A stretch of 64,000 nt of DNA, taken from assembly GCA_028534125.1 (NCBI GenBank), contig CM052816.1:2916001-2980000 (forward strand), in the 5' to 3' direction. Of this stretch, positions 23,741 to 36,684 are shown one piece after another. Each line of letters opens with the position of its first letter. Within the stretch, counting starts at the first letter, position 1. Made by a program: the position numbers and the translations under genes. This DNA is from Lama glama (Eukaryota). The notes below the pieces were generated by a model. The model had not been told where the DNA came from and ran no database searches. It was given only the letters and a program-made list of their open reading frames with translations.

Positions 23741-24372
23741 GACAATCTGTTGACTAGAGGGATGGAGGGAAAGAAGGTAGAAGGGAAGAAAAGGAGGGGG
23801 GACAAATCCAAATGCACTGGGAGGGCTTCCTCATGGTGATAAGAGTCAAACCAGAAGATTAGAAACTTCTGTCTTACTGAGGACAATCATGAAATCCAGG
23901 AGTAGTGATATCATCTGAATGTATATGCATGTGATTATCTGTAGGTTAAGTGGCCACTGCTGTAGTCTCTTACCTTTAAGAACATGTATGCCAACCAATA
24001 GCAGGGCTCTGCAGCTTAGGAAAAGTCAAAAATAGGCAGAGTTTGCTGAAGAACCCCAAACCAAAATACTGTGCATCTGTCAGTAGCATCGGCTCCAAAC
24101 AACCTAAGGGTCTGGTCTGTGGTCTGCATGTTTTGACGTATTAAACTGCACTGGGAGGCAGAAGAGAAACCTGTATCTACTCAGGCCAAAGAGTAAATGC
24201 GTGCTTGCAGCAGACAATTAGCTGCTTTGGACATCAGACAGTCAGTAACATTAAAGCCTTGATATGGTCAAGGTTTCCCAAAGTGTGGTTCACATCGGAA
24301 TCTCAGCCAAGAAATCTGCATATTTAAGAAGCTCCTGAGAAGCTTCGCATGCACAGCACCACTGTGAACCAG

Positions 24373-24945
24373 TTTGGCAGGTAGCCTCTAAAATGACCCC
24401 TGGAAATCCCCAAGCTACACTTTTTTCTGTAGTCCCCTCCCACACTGTGCCAGGTTTGGTCTGTGTGACCAATAGCGTATAGCAAAAGTGGCAGTACGTC
24501 ACTTCCAAACTTAGGTTATGAAAAGATGGCAGTTGTCTCGAGATTCTGTTCCCCCGCACAACCCCCCCTTCCTCTTTTCACTCTGCTTTTCTCTCTCTTC
24601 CTCCCCTTCCGTCTCCTGCTCTCTGTCTTTTCTTAGATCACTCACTCGTACTGGGGGAAACCATATGATGAGCAGCCCTACAGAGAGGACCATGTGGCAA
24701 GAAACTGAAACCTCCTGCCAAGAGTCACGTGAGTGAGCTTAGGCGTGGATACCACAGCTCCTTCAGAAACTGCAGCACAGGCGGGTAGCTTGACGGCGAC
24801 ATCACAGGAGACTCTGAAATCAGAACCACTCAGCTCTGCCACTCCCAGATCCCTGACCTCAGAAACTGTGTGAGATAATAAACGTACATTGTTTTAAGCT
24901 GCTATGTTTGGGGATGATTTGTTACATAGCAATAAGTTATAGACA
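24373..24945 (+). mobile_element. MLT1E/F-like solo LTR
   Basis: 'tggcaggtagcctctaaaatgacccc...gaaactgtgtgagataataaacg...ttgttacatagcaata'. Confidence 0.8.
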
Positions 24946-25451
24946 GTCGCCAAAGATCGCCCCTTCGTGTCCCTGATTACTGCTTCTTATATCAAGAGAT
25001 GGAGCTTATTTCTCCTTCATTTAAATCTGGGTTGACCCTGTAGCTGGCTTGAGTAAGAGAAGGCTACAGAAGTGACATTCTGCAACTTCTGAGCCCACTT
25101 CTTAAGAGACTAGCAGCTTCCAGTTTCTGCCACTTGGAACCCAGACACATGCTACGAGCAGCCAAAGCCACATGGTAAGGGATACATGGAGGAGAACCGA
25201 GGTGCTCTGTTAAGCATCCCCAGCTGAGCTCCCAGCCAACAGCCAACACCGACTGTGTGCCAGGTGAGTGAGTCATCTTGGACATCCCACCCAGCTGAGC
25301 CTTCCAGATGACTGCAGCTTCTCCCAGCACCATGTGAAGCAAAACTGCCCAGTCAGTCCAAAAAAATGGGGGAAAATCATAAATGGTTGTTGTTATTTTA
25401 AGTCACTAATTTTAAGGACAGTTTTTAATGTAGCAATAGATAACCAAAACA
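24946..25451 (+). mobile_element. MLT1H-like solo LTR
   Basis: 'gagtgagtcatcttggacatccc...gtagcaatagataaccaaaaca'. Confidence 0.7.
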
Positions 25452-25679
25452 TACTGTCTCAGGCTAATGAGTTTATTCATTTAATGATTAGATTCTGAGC
25501 ATCAGTCTTTAAGTAAGGTATAGATATCTCTCCTAAGAACCTTTCTGGGCAAAGAACTTATGCACATAAGATAGCCCTGTATCTTGCACCTCCTTTGGAT
25601 CCACTATGATGCTGAGTATCTACCAGAGGCTCACGGAGGTCTTTTTACAATGACTCCCCCAATTTCCCTCCTGCTTCTA

Positions 25680-25950
25680 ACAACAACATGAAGAACTAAC
25701 ATTTCCTGAGCTCTACCAGGTGAGAGGCACCATCCTAAGTATTTCACTCCTCTTAGCATATTAAGTTATTACAACAGCTCTAAGGGCTGGATCCTGCCAT
25801 TTAGCTCCATTACCCACATGGGGAAAGTGTGCCTGGAGCGGTGAAGAGCTTGCCCACGCTCGCACAGAGCTCATAGGTGGTGAAGCCAGCAGTGGGACCT
25901 GGACAGACCAACTCCACATCCATGTTCTTAACCGCTACTCCACGCTAGCC
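25680..25950 (-). mobile_element. MIR SINE
   Basis: 'aactaacatttcctgagctctaccaggtg...catgttcttaaccgctactccacgct'. Confidence 0.65.
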
Positions 25951-26085
25951 TTAGTCCCTGGGACGTACCTCCGTTTTAAAAACAAGGAACCTGAGGCTTA
26001 AGGACAGTGAGTCCCTGGCACAAAGTTCACACAGTCAATAAAGAGAAAGGCTAGAAGGAAAACTTCCTCTAATGCCTACGTTCTT

Positions 26086-26180
26086 TTTCTTTTCCTTTCT
26101 TTTCTTTTTTTTAATTGAAATATAGTCCATTTGCAATGTTGTGTTAATTTCTGGTCTGCAGCATAGTGATTCAGCTGTAC
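26086..26180 (-). mobile_element. Very short L1 3' terminus with TSD
   Basis: T tail plus 'ttaattgaaatatagtc...gcatagtgattcag'; TSD taatgcctacgttctt (26070-26085) / taacacctacattctt (26181-26196) followed by aa. Confidence 0.88.
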
Positions 26181-27831
26181 TAACACCTACATTCTTAAAC
26201 ACAATCCTATTCTGCACCCCCATATTTGGAGAAAGTGAATGTACAGATTGTAGCGGGGTCTGATCCAGTCGTGTGTTCTCAATCCTTCTAGGCTCTGCCT
26301 TACCAGGTATTTTAAGAGCAAGAGTCAGTGAATCATGTGCCCGTGATGTAAACTCAGCGGCTTCTTAATCTTCCCTATCTCCCTTTTGGAGCAGATCAAC
26401 ATAACTTAGAAATCTTCCCTTGAGTTCTTTAAATACTCTGCAAACAGCTGGCCCATTTTCAAGAACTCAGAATATATTCACCATATTTAGAAGTCCAGAG
26501 CCGGGTGGGGTGGAAAAGAGTCAGCAAACTCACAGATCTGCAAGAGAGGGGTATTTCCTCTGTAACTCCCCTGACCCTGGAAACCTTTTGGCTCTCTCCT
26601 TGTTTGAACTGTGAACCTCACCTCATCCAGGAAATGTATTCTTCGCCTCCATGCCCTACAAATGGTGAGGAAATAAAAGAAAGCAAAATTTCCCATATTC
26701 TATTTCATTTGATTCTCCTGAGTTTCTTTTAACAGCAAAAGGTGTTGCACATGTGTAGCATAATGATTTATTGAGAATTTACTGTAGAATGATAATCTAC
26801 TGAGATGTTTCTCTGGGTCTATTTCTTTTCTCTATCAGGAAGGAAGGAATGGAATTTACCCCTTTCATGTGGGCCTTTCTTCCAGGGCCAAAAAGGAAAG
26901 CTGTCTGGAAGCGACGGGGAAGAGAGGACCCTAATTATATCCCACAACAGACTTGTCAGTTCTGAAGGCCTCGCCCAGGGTCAGGCCTTCAGGAGAGACA
27001 AACTCTTTCTAGTAGGGCTGTGACTATTCAGCCAGTTGCTCAGAGGGGATTTGGGCAAAACGTTCTGGGGGCAACTAGTTTGCAACTAATGAGCTTGTTC
27101 CAGAGTAGAGAGGAGTGGTCGGTCACCTGTTTCGGTGTGTTGAGGGTAATCTGAGGCAAGACTTCTCAGGCCTGTGGCTGAGGGGTGAAGAGTCGGCCCT
27201 CCTCACACTCATGGTCTCTGAGGCGCTGGCCTGAGTCCCCAGTGCTGTGACGCTGGGAACGTCGGCAGTAATCTCACAGTAGGGCTTGGCACCATGGTGA
27301 CCACCTTGAATTGAGTGCCAGAAAACTTTGCCATTTTCCTGGGCTGCATAAGCCATGAATACCCAACCAGACTAGGACGGGGGGCCCTTGCTGCCTCACA
27401 CCCACATATACACACAAATGACTGGTACTGTCTGCCTCGTCAGCCTTGACAAGCGGGGGCCTGAGTTAGGCTTAATATTTTCAGAGTATGTAAAAACATG
27501 GCATTGCTTGTACCCCACTTCATGAAACAAACATACTTTCTGCAACTCATATTTCCTACCACCACACATACACACAAAATAAAAACAATTTTACTTTAAT
27601 CTCAATTTCTTTGATATTAACCTTTCCCTCTCTTTCCCCCTCTTGGTTATCTGACATCTTTCCTGCGGCACTCATGATACTTGAGATAAGTCATTTCTTG
27701 ATTTGTTTGTTTGTTTGTTTGTCTACACATTTGCTTATTTCATCCTCCCTGGTCTTCCAGAACATCGTTTCCATCATGCAGCATTTTTCCTTTATCAAAT
27801 CGACATTTACAGAATGTAGACTAGCTTCTGA

Positions 27832-28049
27832 GCACTGATGGGCAAACTAAGACCCACAGGCCAACTCCTGCCCACAATCTGTGTTTGTAAAGAAAGTTTC
27901 ATTGGAATACAGCCTCTCCCACTCAGTCACGTATCATCTATGGCTGTTTTTGCATCATAACAGCACATCTGAGTCTCTGCGACAGGGACCTTCAAAGCCT
28001 AGAATGTTTACTACCTGGTCTCTTTCAGAAAAAGTTTGCCAAGCCCTGG
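27832..28049. mobile_element. MER58A-like hAT MITE
   Basis: 'ggcaaacta...gtttgtaaagaaagtttcattggaatacagcc...aaaaagtttgccaagccctg'. Confidence 0.85.
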
Positions 28050-28850
28050 TCTAGCCAAGGAAAAATATACGTTGTACTGCATATTGTTAACCTGCACTTT
28101 ATCCATCTTTGGATAATGTTTTAATAGAGGTCAATGCAAAGTGTTCTGGGAAGCACCGTTAGATTTTTAAAGGATCCATATACGTTGTTTATAGTTGCCA
28201 TCTATACAAAGTTGAGGCTACGGGTTGCAAATAAACTATTCAAGCTATATTTAGTCAAAATTAAGAATTTTTATAAAATAATGAAAATCCAATGATATTG
28301 GATGCTTCTCTATCAGTCAGAATTCAATTAGAGAACAGAACCACAATCAGGATTGTGGAAAATAAAAGTTATCAAGTTTACTATAGAAATGATACTTTGC
28401 ACAATTGTAGGGGTGGCTGGGGAAGAAAAGGTCTGGAAAAGGCAACTGGAGGATCAGGGGGAAGTCACCAACCAGCCTCCTGGAAGCCTAGCCTTGGGGG
28501 GACAAGCTAGAAAAGAGTGGGGAAGCAATGAGGGTGTGGAAAAGCATGTGTCTGCTCAAGTCCACGTCCACATTGACTGTTAGATCTTCTCTCCCTTTGT
28601 AACAGTCCCACTTGCACCCACTTAAAGAACAGAAATGTACCCACAAATTCTACCCTTTGGAGGAGTTACAACACTTTGCCTTACATTAGAGTCGGAAGGG
28701 CCCACGTTCAAACTCCTCATCTTCATCCCTTTATGTAAGAAGTGATAATGATATTCTAGTTTTACTTCTCTGCAGGAGCTCTTGTTTCATTCAGAACAAA
28801 CGTTCAGGTCTTAAGTTTATTAATTTTGCAAAACTTCCAGAAAAGTGATC

Positions 28851-29418
28851 TGGTGAGTGATGGTTTTAAAACATGTTTGCAAGTTCATTGACACTTCTCC
28901 CACAAAATATGGAGTCTAATTCAACTGCCCCTTGATTATGCGCTGGCCTTAGTGACTTCTTCAAAGGGATGCAATACAGAGGACATGACACCATGAGGCT
29001 TATGTGGCCAGGTCATAAAAAGCAATACAGTTTCTACTTGGCTTTTTTTTCTGTCCTTAGAACATTCACCTCTGAAGCCCTGAGCTGTCATATACAAAGT
29101 CCAACTACCCTGAGGGCACCATGCTGGAGAGATTACATAAAGAGACCACAGAGAGCTAGTGAGAGATGTCTGAGGACCCCTGATTGAGCAGCCCCGAGCT
29201 GTTTAAGACTCACAGCCTATGCTAAGGGCAGTTTTCAGACGATTCCCCTGTCTGGCCTCCAAGCGGCCCTAGCCCACACCAAGCAGAGCAGAAATGAGCT
29301 TTCTCTGTTTTTCTCAAGCCCTATTCAGACTGCAGATTCGTGAGCAAACTGGATGTTGTTGAAGGGTAAAGTCAAAAGTTTGGGGGTGGTTTATTATGTA
29401 GCCATAGTAACTGAAATA
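28851..29418 (+). mobile_element. MLT1G-like solo LTR
   Basis: 'tggttttaaaacatgtttgcaagttcattgacacttctccc...ttattatgtagccatagtaactgaaata'. Confidence 0.75.
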
Positions 29419-30409
29419 GGATGCAAAGCAATTTTCCAAATAAGCTATGGCGTTCCAACTCAGAACAGAGTTGGGTTGAGCTGCCAAAGATAAAAGTGCG
29501 CATATACCAATATGTCGCCATGGAAGTTTATTCATCCATGTCATTCATCTATCCATCCAACGAATATGTATGAAGCATCTACTTTGTGTGCTGGGGATTC
29601 AGTAGTCAAGACAGAAATGATCTCTGCCTTGATGGAGCCTTCAGGCTACTGTGGGTTAGAAAGGCAGTGAAGGAGTAATTCATGAGTGCTACAAAAGGGA
29701 ACACCCAGGACGCTTTGTCGGGTAAGTCACACGTCTCTTCTGGAAATTTCTTAAAGAGATATTCCTGTTAATTAGTAAGAGTCTTTTAGATTCTGGCACT
29801 GTTCCAGGTATACAGAGCAAAAGAAAAGATATCAACTTACAAGTTCAGCAAATATAGGCTTCCTGGGTTACACGGGTTTCTGGTGGCTGTTTTCAACTGT
29901 GGCAGTCAGCTGTCCTTTCTCTGGATCAAACATACACAGACAAGATGCTAATTGTATGCTTTGTCCTATATCTACTTTGAAATTATTTGCAATGAAGCTA
30001 TAAGATCATCTTGTCTAAGAAGCATTGCTGTGCAGAGTGACCGTAGTCTGGTTGCAAATCGAAATTACTCACAAGATCTGTATTAGAAGCCAAAAGCTTT
30101 TTTATCAGGCTGCTGATAATGAAGTTTGCTGACCATTCTGGTGCAAAAGTAGAATTATGAAAACTGATTCAGTCTAATTATCAAACGGTAGGCATTTTTC
30201 TGCTATTCTCAGAATGTAACCATTAGAGCGGCTTGAAAATTCGCTGTCCAGAATTTAAATTGCTTATTGCCGAGGCTCAATGACTGCTCCAGGAATGAAC
30301 AAAAGTGTTTAAAATCTCCGGACTGGTTGATTACAGGTACTCATCCATCGTTTGCTCGGTCATGTACAACTGTGCAATTAAAACGAATGGTGGCACATAA
30401 AAGACTGAC

Positions 30410-30890
30410 TGAGGTAGATCTGGCCTGTGGGCAGAGGGCCAGCCTGTTAGAAGGAAGTGCCAGGCATAGTCGGGAGAGCAACGAACAAAGAAGACACAGG
30501 CCTCCATGCAACATATCTTCCTGGAGCTTATAATCTAGAAGAGGACAAAAACAAATAAATGGGCATCAATAACACAACGCCTAAAAGCTGTGTTTCAGAA
30601 TGGGGTGAGATCGGGAAAAGCTAACCCAAGGATGCAGTGTCTAAGCTAAAGGTTGTATGGGAGGCCATAAGGTCAGGGACAGAGGGGAGAAGAAAGCATG
30701 GTTTAGGCTGAGTCAGGCGCAGCTAAGATGCTAGAGAGACAGAATGTCAGAGGAACTGGAAATATTCAGAATGAGTAGAAGATTAGGAGGTAAAACGATG
30801 AGAGATGAGGCTGGACAGGTAGGGGAAAGGGTCAGCCAGGGCACGGAGAGCCTTATAAGCCATTTTAAAGAGGTTCAACTTTCTATTCCT
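30410..30890 (-). mobile_element. L2 remnant
   Basis: 'cctggagcttataatctag', 'gagagatgaggctggacaggtagg...agccttataagccatt'. Confidence 0.65.
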
Positions 30891-31828
30891 TAGATTTTTA
30901 TTTCTAACACAAAACAGACATGTTCAGCTAGCACCTCAGATTTTTTTTTTTTTTGAAGAGAGTCACTTTTATGAAGATCTCTAAAAATTAGATAAATGGA
31001 AGAATCAGTTCCTCCCTGGTCTTAGGTCAAGAAGACAGAGAACATGGAGGTCCATTCTCATGCTCAAGCGTTTTTCTTCCAAAGACTGGTAGCTATTTAC
31101 TCCTTTTCCCACTCAGCCCTGACCTCTCTCTGCCCAGCAGATTGGAGAGGGAGGCCGCAGAATGAAAAATATCATTGTTCAGTCTCAAGAGAGAATTATC
31201 CAGCAAAAAGGATAAGGATTACTATATCTGACAGGCACAAGAGCAGGTAAATTTTGAGAGTTTAGAATGGTCAAAGATTCTCTTTTCAATGCCAGGAAGA
31301 CTCCTGTGTCGATCACTGATGCCTTTTATCTGGGTCTCAGATAAATCTTATGTCTTATAGTGTAGTACACAGCACATGTGGATGTAGTATTTGTATTTGG
31401 TAGCAAGCATTGTCCCTGTATACAGAGTGGTTACACATATGCAAATTTACTAAGCTACAGAATGACCACCTCTCCTGAAGGCTGCCCTGTTTCAGAAAGG
31501 ACCCAAGCCGAGTATTGGCTATGTCCTAGATTGAGTGCTAGTTATTTGGTTTACTCAACATAGTGCCAGGGAGTAAGAATTAATAAATGTATTAAGATAG
31601 ATTTAATAATGATGAATTAATGAATGAAACATGATGGGTTGTTAATGACGAGTTAAATATAAATTACAGTCCATTCAAAGTTCAGGCACAGGCCTGATGA
31701 TGTGGGACAGGCAGGGCTTCCGGAGTAAATACAATTCTGTGTTCTGGAAGAACTTCACTTTCCTGAACCAACCAGGCAAAACTCACAATAAAGGAACCCC
31801 TTAACTGAAAACTAAGCGAAAAGATAAG

Positions 31829-32296
31829 TGTATTAGTTTTGATTGCTACTACAACAAATTACCACAAGCTTAATGGCTTAAAACTACACAAATATATTAT
31901 CTTACAGTTCTAGAGATCAGAAGTCCAAAATGAGTCTTACAAGCTGAAGTCAACGTGTCAAGAAGGCTACATTCCTTCTGGAGACCCCAGAGAATACACT
32001 CCTTGTCTTTTCCAGCTTCTAGAGGCTGCCCACATTTCCTGGCACACACCACACTTCCCATCACTCTGTTCTGTTGTATCTCCTGCTTTTCTGACTCTCC
32101 TGCCTCCCTCTTTCCCTTTTAAGAACCCTCGCAATTATTGTGGGCCCACCCTGATAATCCGAGGTCATCTCCCCATTTCGAGATCCTTAATTCAATGGCT
32201 TCTCAAAGTCCCCTTCTGCTATGCAAGGTAACATAGGCAAAGATTTCAGGGATTAGGACGTGGACATCTTTGGGGGCCATTATTCTGCCTACCACA
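31829..32296 (-). mobile_element. MLT1D-like solo LTR
   Basis: 'tgtattagttt...ggacatctttgggggccattattctgcctaccaca'. Confidence 0.88.
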
Positions 32297-32529
32297 ACGA
32301 GAAGAGGACAGTCTGTAAGCTCTGAGGGCAAGATTTCAGCTGGTACATTCAACATCGTCCCCAGCACAGTCCCTGGCTCATCATCATTATTCAGTCAACA
32401 CCTGCGGAATAACTGAGTAAATGAGTAAGAAAATATAAATGATGTGCTACTTCCTGCGATAACTCCTTATGTGAATAAGGTATGGACAGCTCCAAGATCT
32501 GTAATTTTCTGTCTCTTAAAAATAAAGGA

Positions 32530-32690
32530 TTGAATGGGTAGCAAGTTTCTGTTTGGGAAGATGAAAACGTTTTGGAGATGGATGGTGGTGATGGCTGCAC
32601 AACAAGGTGAATGTATTTAAAGCTAACAAAGTGTGCACTTAAAAACTGTAAATGTTACATTATATCTATTTTACCACAATAAAAGAATAT
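32530..32690 (+). mobile_element. L1MB-like 3' end
   Basis: 'gtttctgtttgggaagatgaaaacgttttggagatggatggtggtgatggctgcacaac...accacaataaaa'. Confidence 0.85.
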
Positions 32691-35600
32691 AAAGGACTAA
32701 TTCAAAGAGTCTACAAGTAAGAAAAAAGTTATACAATGGTCCTTAACCAAAACAATAACATCTGACGTAAATAAATACCTTCCTTGTAATGATACCTTGA
32801 AGGGAGAGTTATGAAATATCCTCAGTCCTGGGGCTGAATCTTCTTCTCATTATTTTACTTTCCTCCTAGAGCATTCAAATTTATCACAGGTCATATTCAC
32901 AAAATCAAAATGTTTCCATTACGTTTAAATTATACTAATGCAGGCGATATCGGTCAAGCAAGTAGATTTCTCCTTAGGCCTTTGGTTGGTTTATTTTCCT
33001 AAGGGTCTTCATTTGTCTGCATCATGGTTTTAAGCTCTTTCTTTTTAACACACATACACACATACAAGCACGTGTGCACGCACCAGCCCATGAAGTCAGC
33101 ATCTACACGGTGCCACAGCACTCTGTGGGCTCACAGACGAAAGCCAGCCAGGCCACCTGGGAGGGCTTTCCACAGACTCAGCAACCAGGAGGTGAAGTGA
33201 ATCTTTCATTTACTTATCAGTTCACTTGGGCAAACTGTAGACACAGACCCAAACAGACCATTCTCAGGATAAACGGTCAACTTTTATCCCGAAGCAACAA
33301 CGAGGAACCAATTAGAGCCATTCTCTTCAATGAGGCTTATTATCGGTGCTCGTCTGTGAATAGAAGAGTCCAATCGTGAGGAAGGTTAGCAACCCCAAGT
33401 AACACACCCGTAAGGTTTATTAGGCTTCTGCCAACGCCTCTGGGCGGCCTTAATTGCCTCTTCAGGGCTGGCTTCACACAGAGAACGAAGCCATTTCCTG
33501 TGCTCTAGTCTGGTTCTCTCAGCATTAAATGTGGAAGATGAGGAAGAACACAGGAAACTTTGGTCACTCTATTAAACCTGTAAGAGTATTTCTAAGTAAC
33601 TTACATGATATTACATAACTACAATCCATAGAATAGAACCCGGGGTCCGAATCTGTCTTACTCAAAGTCTACCACATTCCTATTACACTGCACACTGACC
33701 CACAGCTATGGAGTCAGCCCTGAGGAAAAGAAGTAGCCGATGTTTGTCTTCAACAAACACTGTGCAGCTCTTCCTGCACCCTGACCCCCTTCCAGTAGCC
33801 ATGTTCCTCACACTCTTAGGGGAGTCCGGTCCCCCTGCCACACAACCCTATTAAGGAAGAAAGCATTAAGTGAAACAAATGTTCGTGCCAACAACAGCTA
33901 GAATTCCCTGGGCGCTTACCCTGCTGCCTGCACCTGTGTCAAGTGTCTCACATGCATTATGACATCTCAGATATTTTCCTCAGATACGACTGGATGAGGC
34001 TGAAGTCTGAGAAGTCGTCAGCCAAACCAAAGCCTGACTTGATGACACCAGGCTGAGTTCCAGGCCTTTCTTCTATTTCACCACATTGCCTCTGGGGCTG
34101 TGACCCCATCTTCCCTACCTTAGGGGATGTCGGTAAGTGGAGAACAATATTGACTTTGTCCTGTAAACAAAGCAGGCCAGTGAGGGAGTGAAGACAGCAA
34201 AAGAACAAGGAGCCTTTAGCCAAGGGAAGAAAGGACTTTTCTATAAACAATGCTCTCTTACACTTTGCTTTCAAATAATTTCTTTATAGCAGCCAGGACT
34301 CTATGAAATACATTTGTTTTGGAAAGCACAAGAATGCATCAATATTTCTTCTGTGTTTCCCATGCCTTGGGTTGAAGGAGCTTGGGAGAAATTGTGGGGT
34401 AAAGCTAACCTTAAGCCTAAGAGATACGTAAGGAAAGATGAATCCAAAGTCGGTCTTCACAGTGTCCCGAAGTCCTCTCACTCCTCCAACCACCATTCGA
34501 CAGCTTAGAAAACTAGGCTACATGGTTCCTAAGAGATGTGCTCACAAGAGGTTCATTATTTTTCGAATGAGGCTGAAAATCCTCCTGGGCAAACAGCCTT
34601 CCCTTGGATAACTTAATGTTACTTCCGGTCTCAAGATCTCCAGGCCAGAGAGTGCTGACTCATGAGTGCCCCTTTACAAAGTCAGGGAGGGATGTGGTAT
34701 GCAGGCAGAGAGGCTTTTTATAGAGATTCAGGTCAAGGAGCAAGAGAAAATTCAAGCAGATCTTGATTTTTCTTCTTTTCTTCTTCTCAGCCAGTAAAAC
34801 CACCCAAGAGATTGCTGAAATCCTTCTACAGACCAAAATACTGAAGGCTTGAAAGGAAGGATTCTAAGCTCTTAATTTTTAGCATTGCAAAAAGAAGTTT
34901 TTATCTGTGAAATTCAGCAGAGAAGCAAGCTAATGCCACATAACCAGCGGTAAACAACCTTGAAAGAAACTGACTGTGGCAAATCAGGAGGGTAGGGATG
35001 TTTGTTTCCCCCGAAAGTGACAGAAAATCAGGCAGTAAGTCGCTAGCCTACAACACAGGACCATGTAAGAAGCTTCTCATGGGTGAAATTAACACACAGA
35101 AAATCCCTTGGTGGGCAGTTTGTACTTTCCAGGGTAATCCGTGCCTGCAAGTTGGAAGAATCAGAGTCAAAAGCAACAAAACAGCTCCAGGTCCGAGCTA
35201 AGATGATCAACAACATGGCTTTTGTGCCTATTGCTTGAGCTTGTAAAATTTTAAGGGTTGAAGAGAAGAGTTCAGTCTTCCACTGGCAAGTCTCCTGGAG
35301 AGCTTGTTTCTGTTCCCCTGCTGGTTACAGCATGTGAAACCCGCCAAGCTGAGTGGTCTTGGTGGGATGTGCAAGGAAAATTCCACTTAATCTAACTGAC
35401 ACCAGGCCAGGGTCAAGTGGTGAAGTTAGCCAAAGCCTTGCAGTAAGACTGGAAAATAAACCACCCGGGCTTCCACGCTAGCCCTGCCACCGTCCCCACA
35501 GGGAAATCAATCCTAGACCTTAATTTTCTCCTCTGCAAAAATGAACGTTTGCTTAGATCATCTCTAGCCTTCCTTTAAGCTGTCACAATCTAGGTTCCTA

Positions 35601-36072
35601 AATTTGTCTCTGGTCCCCTTTTATTGCCCTCAACTTCAAGTCCCTCTCCCCCCAGTTTTGTCACTTGCCTGCATATTCCAAGGCCAAAGATAGTCACAGG
35701 TAATTCTGTAAATGACAATGTCTGTAAATATTATCCAACTTAAAATGCACACATACAAATACACAGTTAAGAGGATAAAAATGTTAGTATTTTCACTTAG
35801 TAGATGCAGAAACTGAGATTCAGACAGATTAAAGTACTTGCCTAGGATCAAAGATCGAGAAGAGCTTTGTGTCTGGATTTGAATCCAGGCTCTTAATATG
35901 GCTTAATGTGGCTCTTAAGCTCACATTCTCCTTGCTGTACCTCACGGTCTCCCTGTGAGCCTGGACCTCTTCTACGAATCCCATGCCAAATGGCTCTTTT
36001 TTCTCCCCATCAAAGTTTACTTGTCCTAGTTCTTATTTCCTCCAAGGCCTATCACTGTTGCATTTTCTTTTT

Positions 36073-36212
36073 GGTTGCTTGGTTTTGTTGTTGTTTTGTT
36101 TTGGGGGGTGGTGCAATTAGGTGTATGTATTTTTAGAGGAGGTACTGGGGATTGAATCCAGGACCTTACGCATGCTAAGCATGCACGCTACCACCTGAGC
36201 TATATCATCCCC
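36073..36212 (-). mobile_element. Vic-1-like SINE with TSD
   Basis: TSD ttgcattttcttttt at 36058-36072 and 36216-36230, followed by aa. Confidence 0.92.
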
Positions 36213-36684
36213 ACTTTGCATTTTCTTTTTAACTAACAGAGGATTTAGCACCTATTCCAATCCACTTACAAAAAAGAGGGAGAAAACAAAGACAGAAGGG
36301 ACAGCCTGTTCAATCTCACACAGTGTTTCCAGGTAAGGCCCCAAAATAGCTCATCAAAACTCACCTATTTTTAAGCTTTCACACTGACCACTAAAATATC
36401 ACTTAATTCTCTTAATGTGTTAACTCTCCTGGGCACTTTTTTTTAAACAAAAAAATATGTTTTCTTCTTAATAAAAAAGAATACAAGTTTATTTTGGACA
36501 ATCTGGAAACTAAAGCAAAATAGGGAAAAGAAAGAAATCCATTCATAACTCACCCAGAGAGGAGAACTCTTAATGTTACCAAATTTACTTCCAGTACGTT
36601 TTCTTTTTCTATTCTTTGGCATCATTTCAGTTGTCTTTATTTTTAATTAAACCTATTATTTTATGATTATAAAAGTAATATGTG

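Noticed and set aside
27123..27356. 77-aa minus-strand ATG ORF ending near a CAG|GTGACC donor-like site
   Set aside because: No recognisable homology and no supporting downstream exon.
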